Origin: Paragordius varius
Lineage: Eukaryota > Animalia > Nematomorpha
Direction: 5' to 3'
Assembly (NCBI GenBank): GCA_964247055.1
Contig: OZ176055.1
Location: 1,240,001 to 1,304,000, forward strand
Length of the DNA: 64,000 bases
The notes below the pieces were generated by a model. That model ran no database searches, was not told the origin of the DNA, and worked only from the letters and a program-made list of their open reading frames with translations. Made by a program: the position numbers and the translations under genes. Positions 1 through 13,400 of this stretch are shown here, piece by piece. The first letter of the stretch is position 1; each line of letters starts with the position of its first letter.

Positions 1-411
1 TTTGAAAAAAAAGTTTATTTCAAACTACTTTGGCGCCATTATTATTTTACAATATTTTGGCAAAATAGCGTTAATTAATTTTAAGCCTAAAATTAAGTTT
101 AATTTATTATATATTCAATCACATTTAACATTAAATACAAAAAAAAGTGGTTTTTCCATTATTTATTTACCCTATGCACACATGTTATGTTGATTAAATT
201 TTTACCTTTGGGTTTTACCAATATTTAATATAAAGTATTTTTGAATAAATTTTTTATTATATTTCGATTCTTTGTTGTTATATTATATAAGTCCTAACGT
301 TTCCTATAATTTCTTCATTCCATATTTTTTTGAAATATTTAAATTAAAAGCCTGGAGTATCTAACCACTTCAATTTGAATCGAAGGACGGAATGCATGTG
401 TTATCCAAGTG
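1..411. mobile_element. Partial copy of the TTAA-flanked CACT..AGTG MITE (piggyBac-like), cut by the window start
   Basis: Aligns by eye along its length with the reverse complement of 29001-29573 and ends ...tatccaagtg|ttaa at 411. ORF 2..193 lies inside it and is spurious. Confidence 0.75.
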
Positions 412-2012
412 TTAAACACCTTCTTCTCATGTATTAGGTATTTAGAACATTTACAGCTTTTAACATCTAGAGTCTCCATAAAAACTTAAAACACAATTAA
501 AACTGATTTGAAATCGATACATATCAATAATTTGTTAGTAATTGATCCCCCAAATAATAAATATCAGTTCATTTTGAATAAATTTTTTATATTCTATGCA
601 TGAATCTTTTAGCAACTTTTGAAATGGTTTACATCCCTTATTTTCGAAATTTTTAATTTGAAACATCCTGATTTTCGCATTTATTAATAAATCTATTGTG
701 AAATTTAATCCCGAATTATCCATTCATAATTTTATATTCCTTGTAAATTAAGTTTAGAGCGTTTTCCCACCAAAAAGCTAAAAGGGGGGCGTTTATCTTT
801 TCTCAAGTATATAACAATAGTGATAAAATATTTATAGCTGTTGTAACATTGCGCATATTTAAATATAAAAGGCAACAGAAAAAAATTAATAAATAATTTA
901 TGGACATAAACAGCACATTTAGGGCCGCATGTGGCCTGTGGGCAGTGGTTTGAGTACCACTGATATTGAGAGTAGCTAAATAGATATATATTTTTTGACT
1001 ATAATTGTGTTAATTAACATTGCTTTGCCTTAAAGCATACAATGAAATTTTTGGCTAAAGTATATTGGAATTTATATAGTAAAAACCATTTATAAATTAT
1101 TGTAGTGATAACTAAATATTGTCTCCCGCTCACATCTATTAGTAACACTATCTATTTAAAAATTTTGTTTTTAAACGCAATTAAAAATTTTGGGGTGTCC
1201 GTGACGAAAATGTGAAAGTCTAACTTTCAAACATTTTTTCAAAATCGCTTAACAGTGACATCAAAAATAGTATTTTTAAATTATATTGATTGCTTTTGAG
1301 ACAAATTTTGGAATCAATTTTTTGTTAAATTTCTGGTTAAACAACTTTCAATAATGTTTTTTACATATAATAGCTCTAATGCAAAAACACACCCCCTCCG
1401 TTTCTAATATAGTCAAAAAATAATGAAATTATTATAGTCTAATCATTAATTTTCCTTGGAATCTCGCGGCACGTGCGGATCACTGTGATAAACTAAAGAT
1501 CACTTTTATTATATAAAATTAAACTAGTTATAACGTACCATACATCATATAATATTTATTATTATACCGTATGAGTAATATGCATTAGTTGTTTAATGCA
1601 TAAATTTAATTTTTCCTGCTTTCTATAAATGGAAAAACTAGAAATGTTAGTTCTTTTAAACTGTATAACAAACTCAGTCATCAAATATACTGCTGTACAT
1701 AGATTTTTGATAACCTTAGACATAAACTATTAGCAGAGATACTTGGCAACTTCCCAGTAGTTTTTATTTGTTGACAAAATATTATATGTCCCCTTAACTT
1801 ATAGCTAAAATTAAGAAAACATGCAATAAATATGACATAGATTGCTATTTTGTTTATGTATAACGAATTTGTTTAAACAGAATTGAGAATCTAAATATTC
1901 AGTAACAACCTATATACAATTAATATTTAAAAGCTATATCATTTATTTTAGATGAGACCCAATATAAACCAACCAATATTTTAAAATTAGGTTGATTTCA
2001 CTCTAAACCCCT

Positions 2013-4756
2013 TCATAAGTTTGAATCCACTGTCGTGTAAATCCAATTGAGATTAGCCTTGACTGCTGTGAAGAGAGGGGGTAAGCCAGGATTGTAGCAA
2101 TCTTCGGCATATTGCCAGCTTACGATACCAAAAACCTTCCAAACACCATTTATGCGACACACCAAAGCTCCACCGGAGTCACCCTATATATATAATAGTT
2201 TTAAAGTATTTAACTAAACCCATTCGTCTAAAAGTTTTATGAACAAAAGAGTAAAATAATTATTAAATCAACATCCCAATACGCGCGATTAAACCTTAAA
2301 AAAATTTCTTTGAGAAATTCCATTAAATTTAATTTTTCCTTATTTAGATTTTACCTTATAAATAATGTAATTAGGCACACTCAGCAGTAATGACTATTTA
2401 ATTTGGCTTGACCCGATTTTCGGTTTTTTAATATTTAGACATAATTTAGAAAATATTTTTATTCTTATTGACATGGTTTAAACTCTTGGTAAATGATTTT
2501 TATCCGAAATTTTTCGAAAAAAGGGGTCCCCATAGTAAATTGGAACGGTAAAATAGGAAAATGGTAAACTCAATTGTTGAAATATAAATTTACGTAGCCT
2601 ATGGAAATATTAAGGGCGAAATCAGTGGTACTAACCAACATTTTTTAAAGGCCCGAATTGAACATTTTTCTCGTCTAAAGGGCCGCCGCTCATCATATAC
2701 TGATTAATTATGTCAAGCTGCATAAATTTATACACTAAATAAGTACATAAAAAATAAAAAAATAATTTAGGGCCATAAAAAAGAACTTTTAGGGTCGCGG
2801 TAAGAACACCACTGGGCTTAGGTGTTTATAGATCAGAGCAAAATGCCTTGAAAATATTAAATTTTAAGTGTTTCAGCGTGAATTATAAATGAAAATTTTA
2901 CATGGCACACAGTTTTAAGGCCATCAGAATACCCGGCACATAGTTTGGAGATTCCAATCCGTAAACTAATATTTTGGGAATGAAACATTTTTTGACATTC
3001 GGATCTTGGGATGTAGGGCAGGCATAGCTCTTGAAGATGCTTTGGTTGACTTAATATGTCAGCTGTTTAAAATACAAAAATTAATACAACACAATGCCCA
3101 AAATTATATTTGTTATATAAAAAAAATGTTGAAATTAAATCTAATCGCAGTAAGACACAAAAGTAGGACCATATAAAGGACCAAAATACTCATGTAAATT
3201 TATTTTACAAATTTTTCTCTTTTATTAAGGCTTTAAATGCATATAAAACTTAAAATTTTATATTAACTGTGATTTTGAAACATAAATCGAAAAAAACCAA
3301 CTCAATACTTATATGCATATATCGATTGCGACATACTTGAACTAAATTTGAAGTTCCCATAGCCCGATACATAACAATCCTGATAATCTGACGGTTCATC
3401 CTCATGATCGGGCAAGCAAATGAGATTTGTGGATTGTGTTAAAGGTATACCATGAACTAATTCTATAATAGCTAAATCATAGGGTGGCGGGTCTCTTTCC
3501 GCTATATATTTTGGGTGAATATGAAGGGCTTTAGTCTCTCCTTGCCATACATCTTTATCGTTATCTCCATGCATGTAATAAAAACGATTCGTAACGTTAG
3601 CTTTGACTGAAACATCTTTTATTGTGCTATATAGGTATAGGGTAAATATAAGAAATATTTGTGCGTTGATTTGAAATGCAAAATGTAGGAACAGAAGGCA
3701 TAAAAATAGATTAAAGTAATAAAAAGTCGTACGGGACTAAAATTAAGATTGTTATGGAAAAAAATTACTGGGTAAAATATCTATCATAAAATCGTCCCAA
3801 AAATGATTTACCCACAATGTTGGACTTATAATATCAATGAAATAATTTTATATTTTATTTTTATAACGGGATTAAAGGTTTTAATTTTTTCTAACTTTTT
3901 TTGTCAATATTACATTTTTTCACCAATGTGAAAGATTATTTTAAAATTAAATTGTACGAACAGGACTCACTTTAGAATTAAAAAGAGTATTTTAACAGCA
4001 TATTGGCCAAAATTCAACGATATTCCTAAAAATAATGAGTAGTTTGACGTTAAAATTATATAATAATATCCATTCTTAAAACAACATAATTTTTTTAAAA
4101 TTATACTCTTACATGTTTTTTACACAATGTGCCGCCGTTAATACAAATCTGGGGTGTATGAATGCCCCTCCACATTTCCAATTCTTTGCATGTATTATTA
4201 CCTTTAAAATAAAAATTATTAATTTTAATAAAAAATAATATAATTTATATATATATATATATTACTTGCCAAGGCCATGTATGGGGTTTAGAATTCCTTC
4301 CTCCTATCAATGATTGATGATGGATTGAACAGTTGGGAACCTTAATTCGATTAAACATACGTCCACATACTAAATCATCTATAATTTTTTTTCGTTTGAT
4401 GAGAACATTTATAAAATTATTATTTATCATCCGCTAACTTTTTTCATAAAAAACATAAACTCGGCTAAATATCGAGATTTACATTCAAAAAGAATTTAAA
4501 AAGATAAGAATAAGATTGACAATATCACTAAACTATTTGAACATATTGTTTATAATTTCCATCAACGAACGCTTCTATATTAGTCTAACAAGATAAATTA
4601 TCAAAAAGGAATATAAAATATTTTAAAATAAAAATACTGATGATAATGATAAATAATACCAAAAGTGTATTCATAGCCACTTCCAGATTGGGGGAAAATG
4701 GGTTCAATCACCGCTAATAAGAATAAGGTTAAAATTGAAACCAAATATTGCTTCAT
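2013..4756 (-). CDS. Secreted S1A (chymotrypsin-fold) serine protease, ~306 aa, 6 exons
   Basis: Exons 4756-4660, 4378-4266, 4201-4113, 3626-3337, 3062-2902, 2183-2013, all GT-AG and phase-compatible. Signal peptide MKQYLVSILTLFLLAV; LIGG..PWQ N-terminus; triad motifs TAAHC, YDLAII, GDSGG. Confidence 0.93.
2623..2814. mobile_element. hAT (Charlie-like) MITE in serine protease intron
   Basis: Termini CAGTGGT...ACCACTG with internal gggccg/gggtcgcgg motifs typical of hAT subterminal regions. No clean 8-bp TSD. Confidence 0.55.
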
Positions 4757-7478
4757 ATTTGCTAAACAAAAATAGTTTATAATTAATTAATTAAATTTTT
4801 TGATAAATAATGTGTCAATCCAAAGAATTTTATTTATAGATGTATTGAGCATCTCCTATTCTTTTCAAGTGTGTGTGTGTGTATAGGTTAATAACATGTC
4901 AAGGATAATCAATTGACTGATTAAATATTTGAACAAGTAGTCCATTTTCAAGATTTTTATATTGGGTAAATGGGTACAAGATATTTGACAAACAACCATA
5001 TACATATATTACTGGGCCAATGTATTAATATATTAATATTACAGTGTAACGAATTTCAAAACCTTATTTTGACTTTTTGAGAGACAATCGAAATGTTGAT
5101 AATTATTTAAATTATAATTTGGAGGTCAAAGACTATGTAAGTAAAAAAATGTCAAAAATTAAATTCGCCAAAGACCACTTGATTTATAAACTGTATTATT
5201 TTAAATGCAAAGTTAATGACTTGTTTATAATAAACATATGGGACGAAAAAGTGCCCTAAATTTATTTTTGTTGGGTCCAATTTTATGTATTTTAAATGTT
5301 TATAATTCTAAAATAACTTGATAATTTCATCATCATAAATTTTTAGCAAAATTGTGTTTTTTTACAAAAATTTACCCAAAAATAGAAAGCTAACAGTTTT
5401 GTTAAATGAGAGGTGAGGGAAATATTAATTATCATCAAATTATATCAAAAAGGTATTTCTATATTTTATACCGTTTCAATCATTTTTTAATGTTTTTAAA
5501 AGAATTATGTTATCATTTAGTTAATATATATTTCAACGTATTATCGTACAATCAAGGCATTTGTATTGAAAACCGGAATTCAGAGGGATCCAAATATTTG
5601 CCTCGAAGCCTACGTGTAAAATTCTTAAATTTCCTATAAATAATATTTTGCTATTCAACAATTTATTACTTTTTTCATATTTGGGTAGATGATTTTAATT
5701 TGGGGTAGTTTTAATCCTTAGGGTAAGCTTGTAAATATACTAGCAATTTGTAATTTGTTTTGGTTAAAACTCACCTCTTAAATATTGTATTTTGTATTTA
5801 ATATTATTTGCATTTTAAGTTCTAGGGCGAAAGGCAATACGGAAAATTAACTGTCTTTAAAATTAATACATACCGGAAATTGGTTAAAAAATAAAATTGA
5901 TAAATTGAAACTTATATAATTTAACCATATTATACATTTATTTGTCGGTTTTATCGATTAAAAAAAATGAGATAGCAGTGAAAAAGTTATGAGGATTTCT
6001 CACAATTTCATATTTTAATTAATTTTTTGTATCATCCGCTTAAAAGGTCAAATAAGGCATATTATAAATCTTTTTCATATCCTGGGGTGTCTTTGTCCAA
6101 AGGTTATAAGTATTTATATAATATTTTCGATGTAATAATTTATAATCGACGCCAAAGTTTCATAGTGCTTTCATCTCTTTTAGCCAGATTATTGCATTTA
6201 CACTTGATTATCTCTTGGGAAGTTTATTTGAGAGTGATTTAGAATTAAAATATCCTAAATTTATGGTATCAAACCAAATTTAAATATGGTTTCTTTAGTT
6301 ATTCAGGCGCATTATACAAAAATTTGCCGCCATTATTTTATATAGATTTTTTAATCGCTAGACAGGCTAAATATATATTATATATAGAAAATATATATAA
6401 TTAACATTAAAAGCTTTTATGTTACATTTTACTAGCACAAACTTGATATATTTTGATTTAATAATCGGGTGTTTGTTTCAATTTAATGATGTTAACTGTT
6501 AAAATTTTAGACTCTAGAAGTAAAATTTAAGAAATATAATTCTGATCAATATTAAATTTTGACTAATAACCTAAAAAATTGTAATTTACAAAATTTCTTG
6601 GATATAAAACTACTCCAAAATGTAAACTAGGACCAAAAAGTATGGTAATTAAGTGTCAAAGAAATTTCTATTTGAATATACAAATAACAAAAGTTAGATT
6701 TTGGCCAAATTATATCAAGCATATTTTATAGTATTTTTTGCAATATTCCTGGTACATAATGCGACTCTCTTAAATAACCTTAAAATTTGTATTGAAATTT
6801 ATGTAAATTTTAACATTAAAAGCCATATAATTTATGATAACTACTAGACGATTTAAAAAATCTAAAAAGGCATTTGGCGGAACCAGTTTTTATATTTTTA
6901 ATTATTTTTATCTTATAGTAAAACAAAAGTATTTTTAAACCTTAACATTCATTTGTCTTCCATAGGTTGTTGGTGACTTCTGGGCTGTTTGAAAAATATT
7001 TTTTCAAAAAATATGTAAGCCATTGCAAAGGTTTGCGCTCATATAATATGGCTACGACGATAAATAATTCCCTCGTAACCTAAATAACATATTTATTGAA
7101 TTACCTTTATGGTAAAGCCGCACTAATGTTAAATATAATTTTAATAAAAAAGTAACTTTCATATTAGACCTAAATCTAAAATATACGATCTATTTAAAAA
7201 ATTTTGTAAAAATGGCTTTGAAGTACTTTGTAAAGCTTATCAATATTTATCTAGATTCTGGTTTACTTATATATTTTTATTGGGACAGAGACATATTAAA
7301 TAAAACCAGTCCCTTCAAGAGTTCTTAAATAAATTAATTAAAATATTGTCTGTAGTCACTAGATACCCCAATTTGAGTTAGAGTGTTACTCAAACCAAAT
7401 AGAGATTTTAATTTTTACAAACATATTTTCACCACTGAGATATCAAGAACATATGTTTAAATTTTAAATTTGAACTAG

Positions 7479-10400
7479 ATGGATGAAAATTTTTCAGGTT
7501 TTCTAAAAATTGTATAATCTTTAGAATATGATGAAGTTTTATGGTTTGAAGATATTGGTTTGGGCCATGTTACCGAGCTGTATCGAAGTATATTTTACAC
7601 TTAATGGATAGTGGGTAAAATCGACCAAAATGATTTGAGACAAGAAATTAACTCACTTTCATTAACCAAACAACAGATTAAACTCATAAAATCTAAATTG
7701 AATCTCAATAACCACAATTTTCTGACACCCATTGAAAAAAGACTGTTAAGATCGCCTTCACCCAATACTAGAAATTATATTAACGGAAACAATGGGCACA
7801 TTGATCGTAAATCAGCTCTTAAACATAAATTATCTCGCCAAAACAATATCGTTTTCCAAGTTAACAATCAAAGTGTTCATACATTTGGCGATACTCTAGC
7901 CTTACCTACTAATGAGGGTACAACTAATATTATTTGATATTATAAATATTTTTTTCATATTTAATATTTTTTTCAGGTATCGAATCAATCAGTTTTTCTC
8001 CGAAAGTCGATTTGGTCCAAACCTTTTATCCCACAGGAGAGAACCATACAAACATTTCACAAGATTTAAAAACAACTCCACCTTCAATGAAATGTAAAAA
8101 AAAAACTTTTACAAACTCTATTTTATACATATAATTTATATTGAAAAATTATTATTCCCCCATTTTTTTTACCAATATAGATTCAAATAATAAAAATAAT
8201 TATCAATGGAATAAACATTTATTATCCCCTGATGAATCGACTAATAATATTAATTGTTATCCCTTAAACAAGCAATATAAAGCATCCTCCACTGATAATG
8301 TAAAATATGCACATTCTTTCAACGATGAAATTAATCAACTTACACATATGGTAAGGTTTTAATAACCATATATACAGTACCGGATGGCATAAAACAATAT
8401 TAGTCCATAAAAGAATTCAAAATAAAATGTTTTTTTAAAAAAATAAGCCTTGTTGTGTATAGACCCCTTGTTTTTTTGAGAAAAACATTTTTTATTTTTT
8501 TATGGACTAATATTGTTTTATAACATACGCCACTGTATAAATTTATAATATCTATCTTTTGTGAGTAAAACCAGATTGCACTAACTACTTAAAAAAATTA
8601 TGTTTTGAACTTTAGATTTGTTGTGTATATTTGGTCCAGAAAAAATATTTAAATGGTTCGAAGGTAGTTTTCGATTAAATTTAATTAAGAAATAATGGAG
8701 TCTTTAACATACACCAAATTTTGATTCTAAGATTTAACAAAAACAGGTTAACTTTCAAAAAAAGTTTGTTTATACGAAGTTTGACTGTTGTATCAAAATA
8801 TCTTGTAGTACACCCATTTTCATGCATTGTAAAATATTATATTCAACTCTCAATCCCGTAGGGGTGTTACTTAACCGATTATTGCGATTTGCATGAATCC
8901 GATATGAAAGAAATCAAGAAATTAGCACTGATGGAACTGACCATAATTTTTGAACGAAATAAATTACGGTTGGTAACCCTTTCGGCCGCTAAGCTTAGGG
9001 CTGTCCGTAAAAATGACAGAGATCATTGTCGCAAATTTACCCAAACACAAAATCAAACTCAAACGGAACCAACACTACTAATAAATTATCACGATTCTAA
9101 TATGAATAATGAAACATTTGCTCAGAAATCTCTAGAAGTTAAATCAAATGATAATTGTAATTCACATAATCAGCAATCAAGACATCAATCATCAGCAGCC
9201 ATTTCAAATAGATTGAATGTACCTGGTTTGGAGGAAATGTTAGCAAATGATAGAAAACATGACCCTAATCGCCGTAATACACCTATTCTGTTTGAAAAAG
9301 TATATATTATTCTATGGCGATGATTATACCTAAATTTTTTGTTTTATATCCACTGTGCCCATATCTATAAAGAAGCTTTTTAAAATGAGTGGCTTTGGAT
9401 AATTTTCATGCATTTTTAGAATCTTTGTATTAGCGTAGCTTTTAAATTATATACTTTTTTAAAGTTGAATGTAACTACTATATTTGATAGTTTAAGGGTT
9501 ATTAATCTAATTATGACTATAGAACGACTTCACTAATAATAATTAACTAATTAAAAAACTACAAGAACCCTCCTAGTAGGACAAAATAGTATAGAAAAAT
9601 GTTAAACTTAGAAAATACTTTGTTTATTATTATCAGATTTTCAATTTATTTTATTAATTAATCAACACACTATTTAACTTTATTTATATGCAAATTTCGT
9701 AATCTGAGTTTGTTGCATAATTAAAAGTTTTTATTGGATATACAGCAATGATTTGGATCTTTTAAAACTTCTTTATTTAAAGTTTTTAACAAGGAAAATC
9801 CGTAATAATCCGACATGTGAAGAAACTATATTAGATTTCCTCTTTCTGTAATTGAATATAATCATCCCCTGTTTTTGTGCATTATTCTTTTGCTTTTTTT
9901 ATTTTATTCCCCCCTGCATTTAAATTTACACCTGAGTGTTACCACAATATTTTACATTTAATTATGTTAAAATAAAATTACGGATATATTTAACAATACT
10001 TCTTTTACGCCTTAAATCTACTTTTGCCTCCAAATAATTGTTGTTTTAATTAAAAAATTATCTTAGGAAAAATTGAAAAAAATTCTGGTTAGTATCAATA
10101 GGAATTACGTTCTTTGTTGGTAAAAAGACACACATAGAATTGCACAAAAAAATTCTCAATTAAAATCTGAATCCGATTTTTAAATAGTTTTAAACTAATC
10201 AATAGGCTTAAGAATGCTAAAAAAGCTAGAAAATACTTAAAACTACTAGTATCTTTAACATTTAATATAAATTGCACTAAAAGAATATGATTAAATTATT
10301 CATGATAAATTGTTATGTTAAAAATTGTGAAATTATTCCTTTTCTGACAAACTTTATGTATAGTAAACCCAATATGTTTTTAAACAAATTCAATGATTGC

Positions 10401-13400
10401 TAAATTTAAATAATTTGCTAAAAAAATCTTTTAAATTTTTATTTATAATCTACAGATGATTAGGTATTTGGAGAAGTATGGGTGCCAGGAGGAAGGAATT
10501 TTTCGTATATCTGGTTCAGCTCACCGTATAAAGGTAAATCTAATTTATATTTATATATCCTTAAAATTTAAAGCATATTTTGCCTTCACTTAATTTAGTA
10601 TAAAAAATATATTTAATATGTGGTATTATCATTAATGTGCACCAATATATATATATATATATGACCTTTGAATTATATAATCTTTATTTAGCTTATTCAT
10701 TTTTCTTTATATTAATATGGCAAAAAAAAATAATTTTTTTTATTGATTTTTGATGATATATATATTTTACCTGATATAGATTAAATTTTACATAAATATA
10801 GTTAGTTTTTACGCGCGCATTAATATATATAATATATATTTATATTTATATATTTCTTATTTATATATCCGGCTATAAAATTATAAAAATTTTTTATTTA
10901 ACCTGAATTTTAAAAACGTATATAAATAAAGAAATTTGCTTTAATAATAATATACTGTGAGTAAAAAATAGTCTTTGTTGGCTTTTTATATGTGAAAAAT
11001 TAATCCCCTCTTTCCTTGTCTTAATGATATTTAAAACATTATTAATTCAAAATGCGGACAGAAAAAAGAGTATTTGACCCATATATATATGTGACATATT
11101 TTGCCTTATACTTTAATAGAATTTAATAAATTTGTTTGCACATATCTATATATTAAATTAATGAACTTTTTTTTATATAATTTTTAAAAATAAGACTGAA
11201 ATAAGTTTAATATATATATATATATTACAAGTATCCAATTTTCTTTAATAGTTATTATAGCCAGTTTTTAGCTAAAAAATTGATTTAGGTTTAAAAATTT
11301 AATTTCAAACACTATTCTTTGTAAGTTTTTTAATTTTTTCATTGCTCATAGAGATATAATTTTAACATTTTTAAGGACTGAATCAATCAATCTATTTAAG
11401 TTTTTCCAACATTATAAATGCTTTGGTATTTTTTCATCAAAAAGGTTTAAACTATAAAAGACAGGTAATAGTACCTACAATACAATTACAATTATATTAA
11501 TATAAAAATTTCAAGGTTATTGGCATCTAATCAAGTTCGTTTATTGTCGCAATACATTTATATAAATTTTTATATCAAAAATATTAATGTAAGGCTTATA
11601 ATTCAAAAAAACTTTTTTCAAAGAACCATTGGTATATGATAAATATAAACTGATTTTTGTTTTGTTTTAACAAAAATTTTACAGGATAATAAACTAAACT
11701 TTTTGTTTAATATTTGACTATATCCGCAATATATACCATTTGCACATCAAGAGTGTCCTTGAACACTTCAAGTTGGTCCTTACACAAGTGGTCCTTGAAC
11801 ACTTAAGTTGATCGTTTGACCTTTTTGTTTTGTTTTTAATTCTTATCAATCAAATCGTATACCATCATCTATTTTATCGTTTTTAACTATTTTCTATTAT
11901 TTATATATTCATAAAAATGGAAAATGCTGGCTTTGGTTTCCGGAAAACCGGTAAACCCATTCAAATCCAAATATCGAAAAAAATATAATCTTTAATAAAA
12001 GTCCCGACAATAGCTTCGCCCTCTTTTTGAATTAGGTCCCCAGTTCGGGCCCACCCCAAGTAAAAAACGGATTTTTTTTGAAAACAAAAGTCCACAAAAA
12101 TCGTGTCTTTGAGACAATTTTCCCGAAGTTAGACCATTCGATTTATGACTATTTTTTACTTTTTTTCGATTACACCGAACATAGTGGCTCGCTTTTTTAA
12201 TTTAGGCCCTCTTTTTACCCGCTCCCCTTGTATAATGCTTTTTTTTAAAAAAAGTACACAAAAATAATTTTTTGAATCTATTTTTCGCCCAAATGAGACC
12301 GTAAAAATTCAATAAGTATTCCAGGTATTCCCTGTTAAAAGGCAAAAAAATTTACATAAATTTTAAATCAATATCAACTTTTATCCATTGAGAAACCGTA
12401 TTTCTTAATTAATTTTTTAGATATTTATAAGATTTTAACAAGTAATTAAAATCTGGGTTATTATTAACAATTTTTCATTGAAAACATTCAAAAGTCAATA
12501 ATTTTGTTAAATTGGAAAAAAATTAGTTTGAAACAGTGGTTTTGGAATAAAAATTATTATTAATGAATAAATATATATTTAATAAAGAAAATTAGGTTTA
12601 TAAAGATAAAATAAAAAAATTAATGCAAAAATATGGTTATTTGATATTTAAAAATTTTTAGGACCCGCTTGAAATGCTTAAGGACACTCTTGATGTGCAA
12701 ATGGTATAGATCTCAAAAAATTTCTATTCTAAAATTAGGTTTTTTTAATATCCTTTAGTTATATACGCTACTGTATTTTTTTTAGTTAGTATTAGTTTTA
12801 TAATGGCCAATTAGAAATTTGATATTTATATATCACGATATAAATTGTTTCTAACATTAGCGAAAAAATATATTATTTAAAACATGTGTAGTTTATCTAA
12901 CTAAGGGCAATAAAAAATAAAATACATACATTTGGAAAAAGAAACAAAAAAATGGCTATAAAAATCATTAAGACAATACATTAAAGTATATAATAAGGAT
13001 TGATATTAGAACGATATTTAGGGCTTTTATACCAGGAGTAGCCATAAAACAAAAACCTCCTATTGAAATGTTTTAGTAAAATTTATGATAATTCTAAGAC
13101 AATTTTTTCCAAATAAGTTTATCCAATTAGCAAAAGAAAGAACGAGAAAAAATTGTTACTTTTTTCATTTTACAGTATAATATGTTTATGAAATCTAATA
13201 AAATTATTCATGAAAACCCATATATATTTCTAATGCGGCCCGCGAAGCTATTTTAAATAACTTATAACTTTTAAGTATTAAATCCAAAATAATAATTTTT
13301 GTTAACTAAAAAAATAAAGGTCAAATATTTGGTATTCTTTATAGTCTTTTTAGTTTTTTTCACATGTCTTTGATTTCTTTTTATATGTTTTTTATTTTTC

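Noticed and set aside
5540-7130. Exon-like, GC-richer minus-strand pieces, including a 25-nt GT-AG stretch at 7080-7104
   Set aside because: I could not build a stop-free spliced ORF; these may be UTR exons or TE relics.
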